NCBI GenBank assembly: GCA_040882645.1
Contig: JBBEAX010000085.1
Coordinates: 55,933-119,932, forward strand
Direction: 5' to 3'
DNA length: 64,000 bases
DNA from: Acidimicrobiia bacterium
Lineage (GTDB): Bacteria > Actinomycetota > Acidimicrobiia > Spongiisociales > UBA11373
Made by a program: the position numbers and the translations under genes. The notes beneath the pieces were generated by a model, which was not told where the DNA came from, did not search any database, and saw only the letters and a list, made by a program, of their open reading frames with translations. Shown here piece by piece: positions 45,201 to 53,621 of this stretch; the first letter of the stretch is position 1; the number at the start of each line of letters is the position of its first letter.

Positions 45201-45981
45201 GGAATTTCCACGAGTCGCGAACCGGGCAGACGTCTACCCATGGCGTTACGGACGCAATCGCTCCGCTGCCCGGCGTCCGCTGTGCGTCCGCAGTAACCCA
45301 GCGGGTGATCTCGAAGCTGTTTGGGGAGCACGCGGCACGTACCGATCCGCCGGCTACCTGGTTGATCAAGTGAGATCGGGTCGGCTCAACGCGAAGTCGC
45401 GCGCTATGAAGCGGTACATCACATCGGTACGCCAAGCCGGCAACGACGCTTTCAGGGGCGATGTCGCTGAGTTCTTCAGGGGGCTTGGCTACAGCGATGT
45501 CCGAGAGGACGTGAAGAAGTTTGGCCAATTCCGGCTACGTCGACCCAACGGAGAGGATCTCGGCGACGTGGATGTCTTGGTCATCGACCGGGCGCGGAAG
45601 GTACTGCTCGCGACCGAGGTGAAGGACTTCGAGTTCGCGCGAACGCCCGCCGAGCTCAGCCATGAACTCGACAAGCTGCTCGACGGGCCGCGATCAGCCG
45701 CCCACCACCATGGGGAGCGACTCGACGCAATCAAGCGGGACCTACCCCGCTTGTTGGAAGGGCTCGATGCATCGGACTCGGACGAAGACTGGGAAGTCCG
45801 CGGTCTGATAGTCACTAGTGCTGACCTGATTACCAGCCGATTCCCGAAGGCGCAGAGGCTAAGCCACGGGTTGACAGTGACGCCGTATGAGTTGCTGCAG
45901 AACAAGGGCCAAGGGGAGCTGACAGGCAGTGCGAGCAAGTCGACCGCCACGAAGAAGCGGAAAGGTCGCCGCCGCCGGTAG
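42235..45981 (+). CDS. ~1,250-aa orphan protein with C-terminal PD-(D/E)xK-like nuclease motif and basic tail
   Basis: Track ORF 42136..45981. ATG 42235 (or 42262) is the likeliest start, but there is no strong RBS. C-terminus: GDVDVLVIDRARKVLLATEVKD (D...E-x-K). It ends with KKRKGRRRR. I saw no P-loop or helicase motifs. Confidence 0.55.
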   Translation: MTRQSQPRTMKHLASTMTGLRDHLIVASASLQLIPKNATKWARFERLLELASSLRPEDVPKRMPKNLLRKLLTSSPIATPQIISGEVPFEEPFVTVITFFGGSYRVVSGGASAASVGCQLLLDASRLLPDDDESTEFRERLFLDAEIALKLSDAVCERAGLGRWMSPSLSPKSEVVIPASSEFDRLGKAVTFSPDDLGRVLGTAAEFVDVLMASGRLDLVDHDQKGPTDDRIYLYPLVRTSSGDVIVALPSGLAGSIMHRGLARAVELGIEERVVNSLHRATQMSLRRAFARVRWSRVQGPKTLDKPANFQETFYRFDLDKVAHVVTVIDRLDDYVPGEPFGHADFSSVQTELHQRFPEIRSAVRSQSPEVSVLHVVCSAPLGRSHFMGFEDTSSDDTSALLAASLDDIDLIARLEKSDRLALWKFALASKELHRRSRVLSFSTFDEYAIYRDHGHSYYTSDDRHPTFVSVQPGSGGDLRVNERQRIDLHAVPLPEGGNVVEVTRWAADDATPVYQPDMPEFHPYHRVELQVPCWVIPSPEVAEEERLSEKFAEAIAFWLWRCESLVGSALDRLSGRWEKLIATVRVTEQRHDPSGDSELHPVAEWLQVELRPSEGRVDFLIAETARYRLARPDNEAEREIAIALVEAIHDLAGERPTGLRAQVKQAIPIGEMRMIQVLDERDDALLTLGEIAEPRLLPDADVELLLDSLGEFASSDLGLAQGPIPSTGRTQVLNSIVEELSDQLMSELSGIEPDGLLEYLTGEREALLFLEARGRLTLPSLVACFGEQSSGAREAVESAQALVSTSVANRYLLEAATARPPAGERQMTLSVYDHLLALANQIIQYGFMSDAIRHELSSVELSILPSGRLGSSREEPYLEALAAFRDMTKSRAVSHARERYAAHWGERDEEPIDFDPTEVDEAYHQEFGISATDLAHLTGDLVELARSERYQVATRALDDLGSELCKSLGWSRDRVRSGLQLLSLDEVAEFPRVANRADVYPWRYGRNRSAARRPLCVRSNPAGDLEAVWGARGTYRSAGYLVDQVRSGRLNAKSRAMKRYITSVRQAGNDAFRGDVAEFFRGLGYSDVREDVKKFGQFRLRRPNGEDLGDVDVLVIDRARKVLLATEVKDFEFARTPAELSHELDKLLDGPRSAAHHHGERLDAIKRDLPRLLEGLDASDSDEDWEVRGLIVTSADLITSRFPKAQRLSHGLTVTPYELLQNKGQGELTGSASKSTATKKRKGRRRR

Positions 45982-46359
45982 TCGCAGAGCGGTGAGGTGC
46001 GAGCATTCACGTTTGCCTCGGCCCACCAGGTAGGCGACCTCGTGGAATCGAACACCGGGTCCGCGTAACGACGTGGCTCGAAGTGCTCGAGGGAGCACCG
46101 AAGTGCCACCCGGGTGCCATCGCAACATCCTCACTCCGCGTCCACGAGTGGCACAGGAGCACTCCAGGTGGCAAAACTGACGTTGCGCTTCCGCTCGATC
46201 GATCGCGCCGAGTGTGATTCGCGAACTCCCTGGTGCTACGTTCCGCGGGTGGTCTTTCCACCACCCCGGAAAGGTGAGGACTTGGAGGTCAAGCGTGAGG
46301 CCCTTGGCTTCTCGTATTGGCCGATGCGGAGATCCACAAGGAGATGGGGGCTCCACACG

Positions 46360-47376
46360 ATGGCCTACGCCACCGATCCCTGGGGAGTGATCGACACCGC
46401 GGTAGTTGCGCACTTTGACGGTACCGACCGCGAGACACCCCGCTCATTCGTCCGCCAGGCGAGAGAGTACGTTCGGGCAGCAGACGGGGCTGAAGCGTAC
46501 GAGGCCAAGCCCGTCCTCTACTACTACGGCTTCCTGAACCTCGCCAAGGCGCTCAGCCTGATGCGGGACGGCTCCACCTTGCTCCGCTCCCGAGTTCATC
46601 ACGGCCTAAAGGTGATTTCGGCGGCTGGTGCCAAGATCCAAAGCGCCGAGCTCCAGGCCTCTCGGTCCTCGAGTGCGAGTGCAAGCGCGTTCGCCGAGCT
46701 ATTTGCCGCACTCACCGGAGGGGCGCTTGGATCCGACCCAGTTGTCCGGCTCGAAGAAGTCATGTCCCAGATTGTCGTGGGCCACCGGCTTTGGCGAGAG
46801 GTCGGGTCCCGGAAGGAACGGTTCATCGGCGTTAGCGAGGTGCGCGTACACCACGACCCATCCGCGCACGAGATCTGGGCAACGATTCTTCTGCCAAAGG
46901 ACACCCTCGATCGAAGAGGAAGATCGGTCGCCGAGGTTCTGCGCGAGTCAGGCCTCGGTGCTGACTGGCGGGCGGTTGAGAACACCGAGGACAACGCCGG
47001 GAGAGACTGCCGACGGCTAGAGCTCACAACTCCCGTGTCATACACGGGGCGCCACTCAGACGTCGTGATGGAGTTGGTTGACAGGGTACGACCGAACCTC
47101 TGGCGAACGATAACGACCACGCCTCCGTACCGCCGGTACTACCTGTACCTGGCTCCAACTGGTGAGACCCGATGGCCGCAACTCGCGAGTGCCTACGCGC
47201 TGATGTTCTACCTCGGCCACCTCACGAGGTATACACCAACGGACTTCATCTCGTCCCTGGACGATACCTACGGGTCCTTCATCCGCGAGTTCCTTGCATC
47301 CCAACCTGGCCAATTCCTATTCGAGATGGCATGCGAGTTCAGGCGGCAGGAGGTAACGAAGGCTGGCATCACCTAG
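46360..47376 (+). CDS. YaaC-like protein (tentative)
   Basis: 338 aa from ATG 46360 (MAYATDPWGV...). The block AKPVLYYYGFLNLAKALSLM and the C-terminal FYLGHLTRYTP resemble the YaaC-like family. Start uncertain. Confidence 0.45.
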   Translation: MAYATDPWGVIDTAVVAHFDGTDRETPRSFVRQAREYVRAADGAEAYEAKPVLYYYGFLNLAKALSLMRDGSTLLRSRVHHGLKVISAAGAKIQSAELQASRSSSASASAFAELFAALTGGALGSDPVVRLEEVMSQIVVGHRLWREVGSRKERFIGVSEVRVHHDPSAHEIWATILLPKDTLDRRGRSVAEVLRESGLGADWRAVENTEDNAGRDCRRLELTTPVSYTGRHSDVVMELVDRVRPNLWRTITTTPPYRRYYLYLAPTGETRWPQLASAYALMFYLGHLTRYTPTDFISSLDDTYGSFIREFLASQPGQFLFEMACEFRRQEVTKAGIT

Positions 47377-47631
47377 AGCGCAAGGTCTTATCACTGCCCT
47401 CGACCTTGTCGATCCCAGGGGAACTGCCTTCCGCTACCCGGGCACACTCCCCGAGCATGTGCGCCGGCTCTCCCTCGAAAACCTGGCGGAGTCTGCACTT
47501 GACCTCGACGCTCAGTTCGACGGCTGGGCTTTTGGCATTCTCGAGGAGCGATCGGTGCGAGCCGAAATGGAAGCCGAAGCCCCGGGGCCGTACCCAGACT
47601 GAGACCTATTGACGGCGGCATGTCAATGGGT

Positions 47632-47987
47632 CCACTAGGCACCCGACCTAGTGGCATCGGATGCGACGACCGCGTCACGACGCCGTCCAGACCCGTGCCG
47701 ACGACCCCCAGGTGCCACCCAGGTGCCGAGAGGAATGCGTTCCCGGCGTAGCGCCGACCAGGCAGGTGGCTCCCCGGCGGCCGGACTCTCGCTTGGAAGC
47801 CCCTCCCTTGGCTTCCCGTGAATTCGAGAACTTGGTGGGCCTCCCGATACCCGACGATGATCGGAAGGGCTTCGGAAGTACCGGGGAGGGGCTCCGGTGA
47901 CCTCGGAGAGAATCGACAGATCGGGTGCGTGAGGATCGCGGTGCACGTGCCCCTCGCGCGGGCGTTTTCTTTTTGGGGGGATGTCCC
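47632..47987 (+). repeat. copy B of the ~350-bp non-coding direct repeat
   Basis: See copy A. Begins with hairpin CCACTAGG cacccga CCTAGTGG. Ends with a GCACGTGC palindrome, a short GC stem and TTTTCTTTTT. Confidence 0.8.
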
Positions 47988-48159
47988 GAGACAGCGTACC
48001 GCTGGAGTTTCAATCGAAGCTGTACAGAAAGGGTAGAGATCGCTTCATCACGGCGCATGGTCGAGTCTCCAACCCTACGATGACCGCCCGTCGACAACCA
48101 TTTCTTCAGCTAACTCACTGCGCCAGTCCGTTCCAGATGCTTTTGCGGCACCGTCAGCG

Positions 48160-49467
48160 GTGCCCGAGGCTATGTTGCCGCAATGGATGACGTGTGTGCC
48201 CCCGAGCGTCCAACATCGATGGCGGGCCTGGCGTATGGGTAACCCTCGATTCTGCGGCATCTCACTGCTCGAGGACTCGGGGCGCCTCAACGCCGGAGCG
48301 GCTTTCGAGCTTGCGTCCGCCCCGCGACGAGATGCAGCTGTGAACCTCGGCAGCGCCACCGTTGCTGTGGCAGCCGGGAAGCCAGTTGTGGTGGTCAGGT
48401 GCGCTGGAACCTCGCATGAGGAGGCCCGGGCTACTGGTCTCAGGCTGGCCGATCAGGGGCTTGACCTCCTCGCGATTCGCGGACTTGAGAATCTATCGAT
48501 CAAGGGTATCGACGAGGAGCACCTCACCTGGTGGCCCGATCAGCAGGGTCTTGTGATCCGACTGGTCTCAATTGCGCCCCTGCGCATAGATGTTCCACCA
48601 GTGAGGGCGACCGTTCTAGATAAAGAGGGAAACGAGGTCGCGTCGGCGCCAGAACCCGAACCGGACTGGCACGAGAGCTTCAGGTATTTCCGGCTCTCGC
48701 AGGTCTCTGAAGACCTCTTCGATGCCTTCCGGAATGCCTACCTAGCTCTCGAATCGATGCTGAGCGACATTGCCCCCCAGCAAACCAAGGGCGACAAGAT
48801 TGCCGAACCGGAGGGCAGCTGGTTTCGCCGGGCGCTCGTGGAGGCTGACAAGAAACTCGCGCTTGTCGACTTCGCTCCAGCTGGAACCTCGGATCCGGTG
48901 GATCATCTCTTTCGAGAGCTGTACATCGACATGAGATCGGCCATGTCGCATGCCAAGAGCGGGAGGAAGGTGTTGCTTCCGCGCAATGAGGTCGAGCGCG
49001 CGGCGGTCACAGCCAGCCTTGGGCGATTGGTGCAGCTCTATCTCGCGTTGGCGAAGGAGCACCTGGGTGCGAGGCGTCGAGGAGGTGGCATGTTCGCAGC
49101 GGGATTCCGAATGATGAACAAGCCCCTTCTCGGCAGAATGGAGGTGTTCGCGAGTGACGATCCAAGCTCATTCGACCCAACATCCACCAGCCTGAACCCT
49201 GCAGGAGGGGAACTTGTTCGGCTCACTAGCTCTGAGGATCTCGATGACGCTACGCCGTTCGTGCTGACGCGTTTGTATTGGAGCACCGCCAAGTCGCTGA
49301 AATCTCTGTCAGCAGTCCGACGCGTGGGAGGAGCAGTTGACGGCGCTCCGGCGATGGCTTCAGTGTTGGAAGGGGATCTTGAGCTTGGTCTGGCGTCACG
49401 TTTTGAGGTCTTGCTGGGGACCCGTGGAGTGAACCTCAATCAGCCGCGAACTCGGTACCTGTACTAG
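48160..49467 (+). CDS. hypothetical protein with a possible R-x4-H (HEPN-like) motif
   Basis: 435-aa ORF. The central helical region is WHESFRYFRLSQVSEDLFDAFRNAYLALESML ... LFRELYIDMRSAMSHAKSG. Start uncertain (GTG 48160, ATG 48172/48187/48235). Confidence 0.4.
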   Translation: MPEAMLPQWMTCVPPSVQHRWRAWRMGNPRFCGISLLEDSGRLNAGAAFELASAPRRDAAVNLGSATVAVAAGKPVVVVRCAGTSHEEARATGLRLADQGLDLLAIRGLENLSIKGIDEEHLTWWPDQQGLVIRLVSIAPLRIDVPPVRATVLDKEGNEVASAPEPEPDWHESFRYFRLSQVSEDLFDAFRNAYLALESMLSDIAPQQTKGDKIAEPEGSWFRRALVEADKKLALVDFAPAGTSDPVDHLFRELYIDMRSAMSHAKSGRKVLLPRNEVERAAVTASLGRLVQLYLALAKEHLGARRRGGGMFAAGFRMMNKPLLGRMEVFASDDPSSFDPTSTSLNPAGGELVRLTSSEDLDDATPFVLTRLYWSTAKSLKSLSAVRRVGGAVDGAPAMASVLEGDLELGLASRFEVLLGTRGVNLNQPRTRYLY

Positions 49468-49883
49468 GGCAACGAGAGGACACTGGAAACCGCCTGGAGC
49501 GGCGGGTGCGACCCCCTGTATCACAGCACCCGCAAACTGCAATGGCGGTGACGAGCTGGGTTCCTGTGGAACGATCCTCAGTCCGAGGCCATGGCGTGAG
49601 AGGGAGCCTTGCCCGTCTAGGGGAAACCCGATCAGTAGCAGCTGCCCAGCCGACACCTTGGGGACGACCCCGCCCGCATGTTTTTCGCCCGTGACTTGGG
49701 TCGTGTCCGATTCGCTGGTGTCACGCGAAGCCAAGTAGGGCCGTTTTCGTGACGTTGCGGGTGTGGGTGGGCCTCCGGATAGCGGACCTGGTCCGTCGAG
49801 GTTTCCGAGATACCACGGAAGGGTTCTCGTGGGCAGCGACAGGGCTGGGGGGCTGCCTCCGCGACCTCTGGTGGCTGGTCGGG

Positions 49884-50108
49884 CTATTTGAGGAGGGCGC
49901 TGGCGGGTAGGCCGAGGCCGTCGGCGATCCTTTCGAGGGTGGCGAGGCTGATGTTGCGTTCAGCTCGTTCGATGCCGCCGATGTAGGTGCGATGCAGTCC
50001 GCAACGCAGAGCGAGTTCTTCCTGGGAGATGCCGAGCTCCTGGCGACGGGTAGCGACAGCGTCGGCAAGGCGGCGGTGGAGGTACTGGGGCGCGCGGCGG
50101 CGGGGCAC
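49884..50108 (-). CDS. XRE-family helix-turn-helix transcriptional regulator
   Basis: 74 aa. RRQELGISQEELALRCGLHRTYIGGIERAERNISLATLERIADGL is a canonical HTH_3 pattern. Confidence 0.85.
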   Translation of the reverse strand: MPRRRAPQYLHRRLADAVATRRQELGISQEELALRCGLHRTYIGGIERAERNISLATLERIADGLGLPASALLK

Positions 50109-50166
50109 CTCTGGAGGATCGATGCCATGATGACTCTATGTCTACCGCCGATAAGTAGCACCGAGG

Positions 50167-50841
50167 GTGAAGGCGCTGTCATTTGTCGTGGGGGTGGACG
50201 CGTCGAGGGCGGGGTGGATCGGAATCGTCGTCGGACCCAATGGGTTCATGGGGGCCGAGATCGCGGCCCGGTTCGATGACCTGATCGGCCGACTCGATGG
50301 CGTTGCCGCGGTCGGGGTCGATATCCCGATCGGGCTTCCTCGGCGAGGACATCGAGTCGCTGACGCCGAAGCACGCCGCTTCGTGGGGGCACGACGGTCG
50401 AGCGTGTTCTCTGTGCCGCCCAGGTCGGTCGTCGAGGCATCCGACTACTCGGAGGCACGACAAGTGGCGCAGGGTCTCGGGATCGGTGTCTCTGCCCAGA
50501 GCTACGCGCTTTCCCCCAAGCTGCTCGAAGTCGAAGCGATCGCACGACACGACCCGAGGGTCTTTGAGGTTCACCCCGAGGTTTCGTTCCGGGCGATGGC
50601 GAGTCGCTCGTTGCCTCCTAAAAAGACCTGGAATGGCCAGGAGACCCGTCGGCATCTATTGGCCCTCGGTGGCATCGTCATCCCCGCCGACATCGGCGAT
50701 GGCGGGCAGGCGGCACCAGATGACGTGGTTGATGCCGGTGCCGCCGCGTGGACGGCGCGCCGCAAGGCGCTTGGTGTTGCCAGCTCGCTGCCAGACCCGC
50801 CAGAACAACTCGATCGCCGCCCGACCGCGATCTGGTACTGA
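50167..50841 (+). CDS. DUF429 domain protein (predicted RNase-H-like fold)
   Basis: 224 aa. VVGVDASRAGWIGIVV...VGVDIPIGLP...EVHPEVSF matches the DUF429 pattern. Confidence 0.6.
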   Translation: MKALSFVVGVDASRAGWIGIVVGPNGFMGAEIAARFDDLIGRLDGVAAVGVDIPIGLPRRGHRVADAEARRFVGARRSSVFSVPPRSVVEASDYSEARQVAQGLGIGVSAQSYALSPKLLEVEAIARHDPRVFEVHPEVSFRAMASRSLPPKKTWNGQETRRHLLALGGIVIPADIGDGGQAAPDDVVDAGAAAWTARRKALGVASSLPDPPEQLDRRPTAIWY

Positions 50842-50866
50842 GCCCCCCGGCCGCAGGCAGTGGCGG

Positions 50867-52048
50867 TCAGGACACGACGCGTAGCCTCGACGGCGGCGGA
50901 AGGGGCGGCGAATCGGCTGAGTGAATGGCGTCTGAGACGCGGGTGACGGCATCGGCTTGGAGGCTGGGGATCACGTGGCTGTAGGTGTCAAGGGTGATGC
51001 TGATGCTGGCGTGGCCGAGCTGTTCGGAGACCACCTTGGGATTCACGCCTTCTTGGAGCGCGATGGTCGCCCAGGTGTGCCGCAGGTCGTGGAGCCGTAT
51101 ACGGCGTAGTCCTGCCTGCTCGCAGATGCGTCGGAATTGATTGGTGACCCGGTCAGGGCGCAGCGGGCCACCGTCCGGGTGAGCGAACACCAGCTGCCGT
51201 GCCGTCTCGTTGGCGTGTGAGCGGAGGTCGGCAAGCACGGCGATAGTGCGGTCGTCGAGGTAGACCCTTCGGGCTGAGCGCCGTGTCTTGGGTGACCCGA
51301 TCACCGGGTTGCCTCTCTGGAGGACGACGGTTTGGGTGATGGCGAGCCATCCCGCTTCGAGATTGACGTCGCTCCAGCGGATTCCGAGGATCTCGCTGCG
51401 GCGCATCCCCGTAGTCCCCGCCAGACGCCAAAGCGCTTCACGTTCGTCGCCCTCGACCACGCTCAGAAAGGCGCGGACCTCATGGGGTTGCCACGGGTCC
51501 TGGACCTTGGGGCCTACAGATGTCGACGGGGGCGAGGCCGAAGCCGCCGGGTTGTCGCGCAGCAGACCCCACCGCACCGCGTCCCCGAACGCTCGGCGGA
51601 GCACCACATGGGCGTTGCGGATCGTCTTGGGTGCCAGCGGCCCACCTGACCGTGAGCCCCGGTCGGCGAGAATGGCATACAACTGGTTGATGTCACGGGG
51701 ACCGACCTGCTGAAGCCGCATCACCCCGATGTGAGGCACGATGTGGCACTCGATCGCCGACCGATACGAGTCGACAGTGTTCCCCCGTACTACCCGAGCA
51801 TGATTCGAAAGCCACTCCCCCAGCAGGAAGTCCCCCACTGTGATCAGGCTGCGGTCGACCCGGGACCCGGACTCTAACTCGACGAGCTCCCCACGGAGCG
51901 CAGCCTCGGCCTCCCGTTTCGTCGTAAACCCCCGCCGGGTCTTCCGAGCCCGTCTGCCAGTCGCCAGATCGCCGCCGACCTCGATGACGTAACCCCACGA
52001 CACACCCGACTTGGTACCACGACCCGACACGTGCCCCGAGTAAGTCAT
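50867..52048 (-). CDS. tyrosine-type site-specific integrase
   Basis: 393 aa from ATG 52048, with AAGGAG 9 nt upstream. C-terminal catalytic region: RLHDLRHTWATIALQEGVNPKVVSEQLGHASISITLDTYSHV (R...HxxR...Y). Confidence 0.9.
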   Translation of the reverse strand: MTYSGHVSGRGTKSGVSWGYVIEVGGDLATGRRARKTRRGFTTKREAEAALRGELVELESGSRVDRSLITVGDFLLGEWLSNHARVVRGNTVDSYRSAIECHIVPHIGVMRLQQVGPRDINQLYAILADRGSRSGGPLAPKTIRNAHVVLRRAFGDAVRWGLLRDNPAASASPPSTSVGPKVQDPWQPHEVRAFLSVVEGDEREALWRLAGTTGMRRSEILGIRWSDVNLEAGWLAITQTVVLQRGNPVIGSPKTRRSARRVYLDDRTIAVLADLRSHANETARQLVFAHPDGGPLRPDRVTNQFRRICEQAGLRRIRLHDLRHTWATIALQEGVNPKVVSEQLGHASISITLDTYSHVIPSLQADAVTRVSDAIHSADSPPLPPPSRLRVVS

Positions 52049-52256
52049 GCCGCCCCGCTCCTTGGCGGACAGACTCCCGGGTGTCGGGACCGTCGATGCG
52101 ACGCTGACGCTATCACACCATATTTTACCAGGGGGGGTCTTGACGAACAAGCCGAGCTGTGGCCGTTAGAGCTGATGGATCTGGGGGGTCCGGGCTGGGT
52201 TTCCTCCGATGCCGCGTGCGGGTGCGATGGAAGCGTTGGAGGCGATTGAAGGGTTG

Positions 52257-53621
52257 TCATGATCGCTTCGATCGCTTGGATCGCAGGCGCCCGGGTGCGA
52301 AGTCGGCTGAGTAGCTCCTAGTCCGGGGAGCGCCGGGTGTGGGTTCGCGCTCGGAAACGACGACACCGAGGTTTTCGAGGAGCTCGATCGCCTCTCGCCT
52401 GTCACCACCAGAGATATGGCCACTCAGTGCTCTCTGCTGCTCGGTGGCGGTCAGCCCGCGGGGACCTGCGGCGCGGATCGCCTCGAGAAGCCGATCCGCG
52501 GTCGGACTACCTGTCGCTTCACCGAATAGCCACTCGACCGAAGCTGAGGAATAGTCCCAGACCGCCCGAGCTGCTCCCAGATGGGCAGGTTCGATGGTGT
52601 CGGAGCCGTCGAGGAGTGCATTAACGACCGACAAGCGAAGAATCTGCGCCTCGGCACGCGCCGTAAGAGCGCCGACCACTCCTAGGAGTGGATCGGACAG
52701 CTCCCGGTACATTTCGTGCCATAGCTCGGCGGCATCAGGGCTGCGGCGCATCCCCGAGATTTCCCGCGCCGCGACTAGGGAATCTCCCACGCGCCGACCC
52801 AGTCGCTCGTAGTCGGAGTCGCGAAGCGAGCCCCCATCAGGAAGCAGCTTCGAACGATCCACCACAAAGAAGAGAAAGCGATTAGCGAACCCGTTGGCTA
52901 TCTCGATCGAAGGGAGTGTCCGGCGGAGTTCATCGCCGGTGATGTGGCCGATTACCGACACGTGATGACGGGCTACGTGCAACCGCTCTTGACGGGTGAC
53001 GACACCCAGCTGACTGCCATCCCATACCTGACGAAGCACCGGGGACAGAATGTTGCCCTGGCGGGAAGCTGCGGTCAGGACCCGACTGAACTCCGTTTCG
53101 ACCACCAGTCGCCGCGGCTCCTGGTTCACCGTGTCAGACAGGGACTGAATGAGACCCTCGCCAGACGACAGCCCACCGATCTGACAGCGGTCCGCCCACT
53201 CGGGATCGGCGTACTGCATCACCCGGGCGACGTTTGCTCTCGACGTACCCTTGCGAGACTTCGACGTACGTCCAACGAGAACGTAGCTGAGCCGCGCCGG
53301 GTGATCAGCCCCGTCCGCCCGCATGTGCGGTAGCGGTCCCACCGCATTCCCAAAGGACGTCAGGAAATCAACGAGCACGGCGACGGGGTCAGACTCGGTA
53401 TGGGGCTCGATCGTCCTGACCAGATCCCCGGCTAGGCCAAAGAAGGCGTCCTCATTCATCTGGGGCCAGCCAGGCGGAGCTGGCGGCATATCCAACACGG
53501 CCTGCAACCGGCCAGTCGCCTCCTCGTCGAGGGGTCGGAGCACGCCTTGGATGTACCTCTCCGGTGGCCTGAGCCCCTGTGCGGCGCGACGCACTGCCTC
53601 AGCCTCAGTTACCCGACTCAT
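52257..53621 (-). CDS. DUF3987 domain protein (integrative-element replication/primase-associated family)
   Basis: 454 aa from ATG 53621 (GAGGGGGGAAG upstream). The central block GGLSSGEGLIQSL and overall pattern resemble DUF3987. Confidence 0.55.
   Translation of the reverse strand: MSRVTEAEAVRRAAQGLRPPERYIQGVLRPLDEEATGRLQAVLDMPPAPPGWPQMNEDAFFGLAGDLVRTIEPHTESDPVAVLVDFLTSFGNAVGPLPHMRADGADHPARLSYVLVGRTSKSRKGTSRANVARVMQYADPEWADRCQIGGLSSGEGLIQSLSDTVNQEPRRLVVETEFSRVLTAASRQGNILSPVLRQVWDGSQLGVVTRQERLHVARHHVSVIGHITGDELRRTLPSIEIANGFANRFLFFVVDRSKLLPDGGSLRDSDYERLGRRVGDSLVAAREISGMRRSPDAAELWHEMYRELSDPLLGVVGALTARAEAQILRLSVVNALLDGSDTIEPAHLGAARAVWDYSSASVEWLFGEATGSPTADRLLEAIRAAGPRGLTATEQQRALSGHISGGDRREAIELLENLGVVVSEREPTPGAPRTRSYSADFAPGRLRSKRSKRS

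Noticed and set aside
49468-49883. 416-bp region between the 435-aa ORF and the XRE gene, including ORFs 49396..49734 (-) and 49721..50182 (-)
   Set aside because: No protein-like translation, repeat or convincing hairpin was found by eye. The listed ORFs overlap better genes or are low-complexity.
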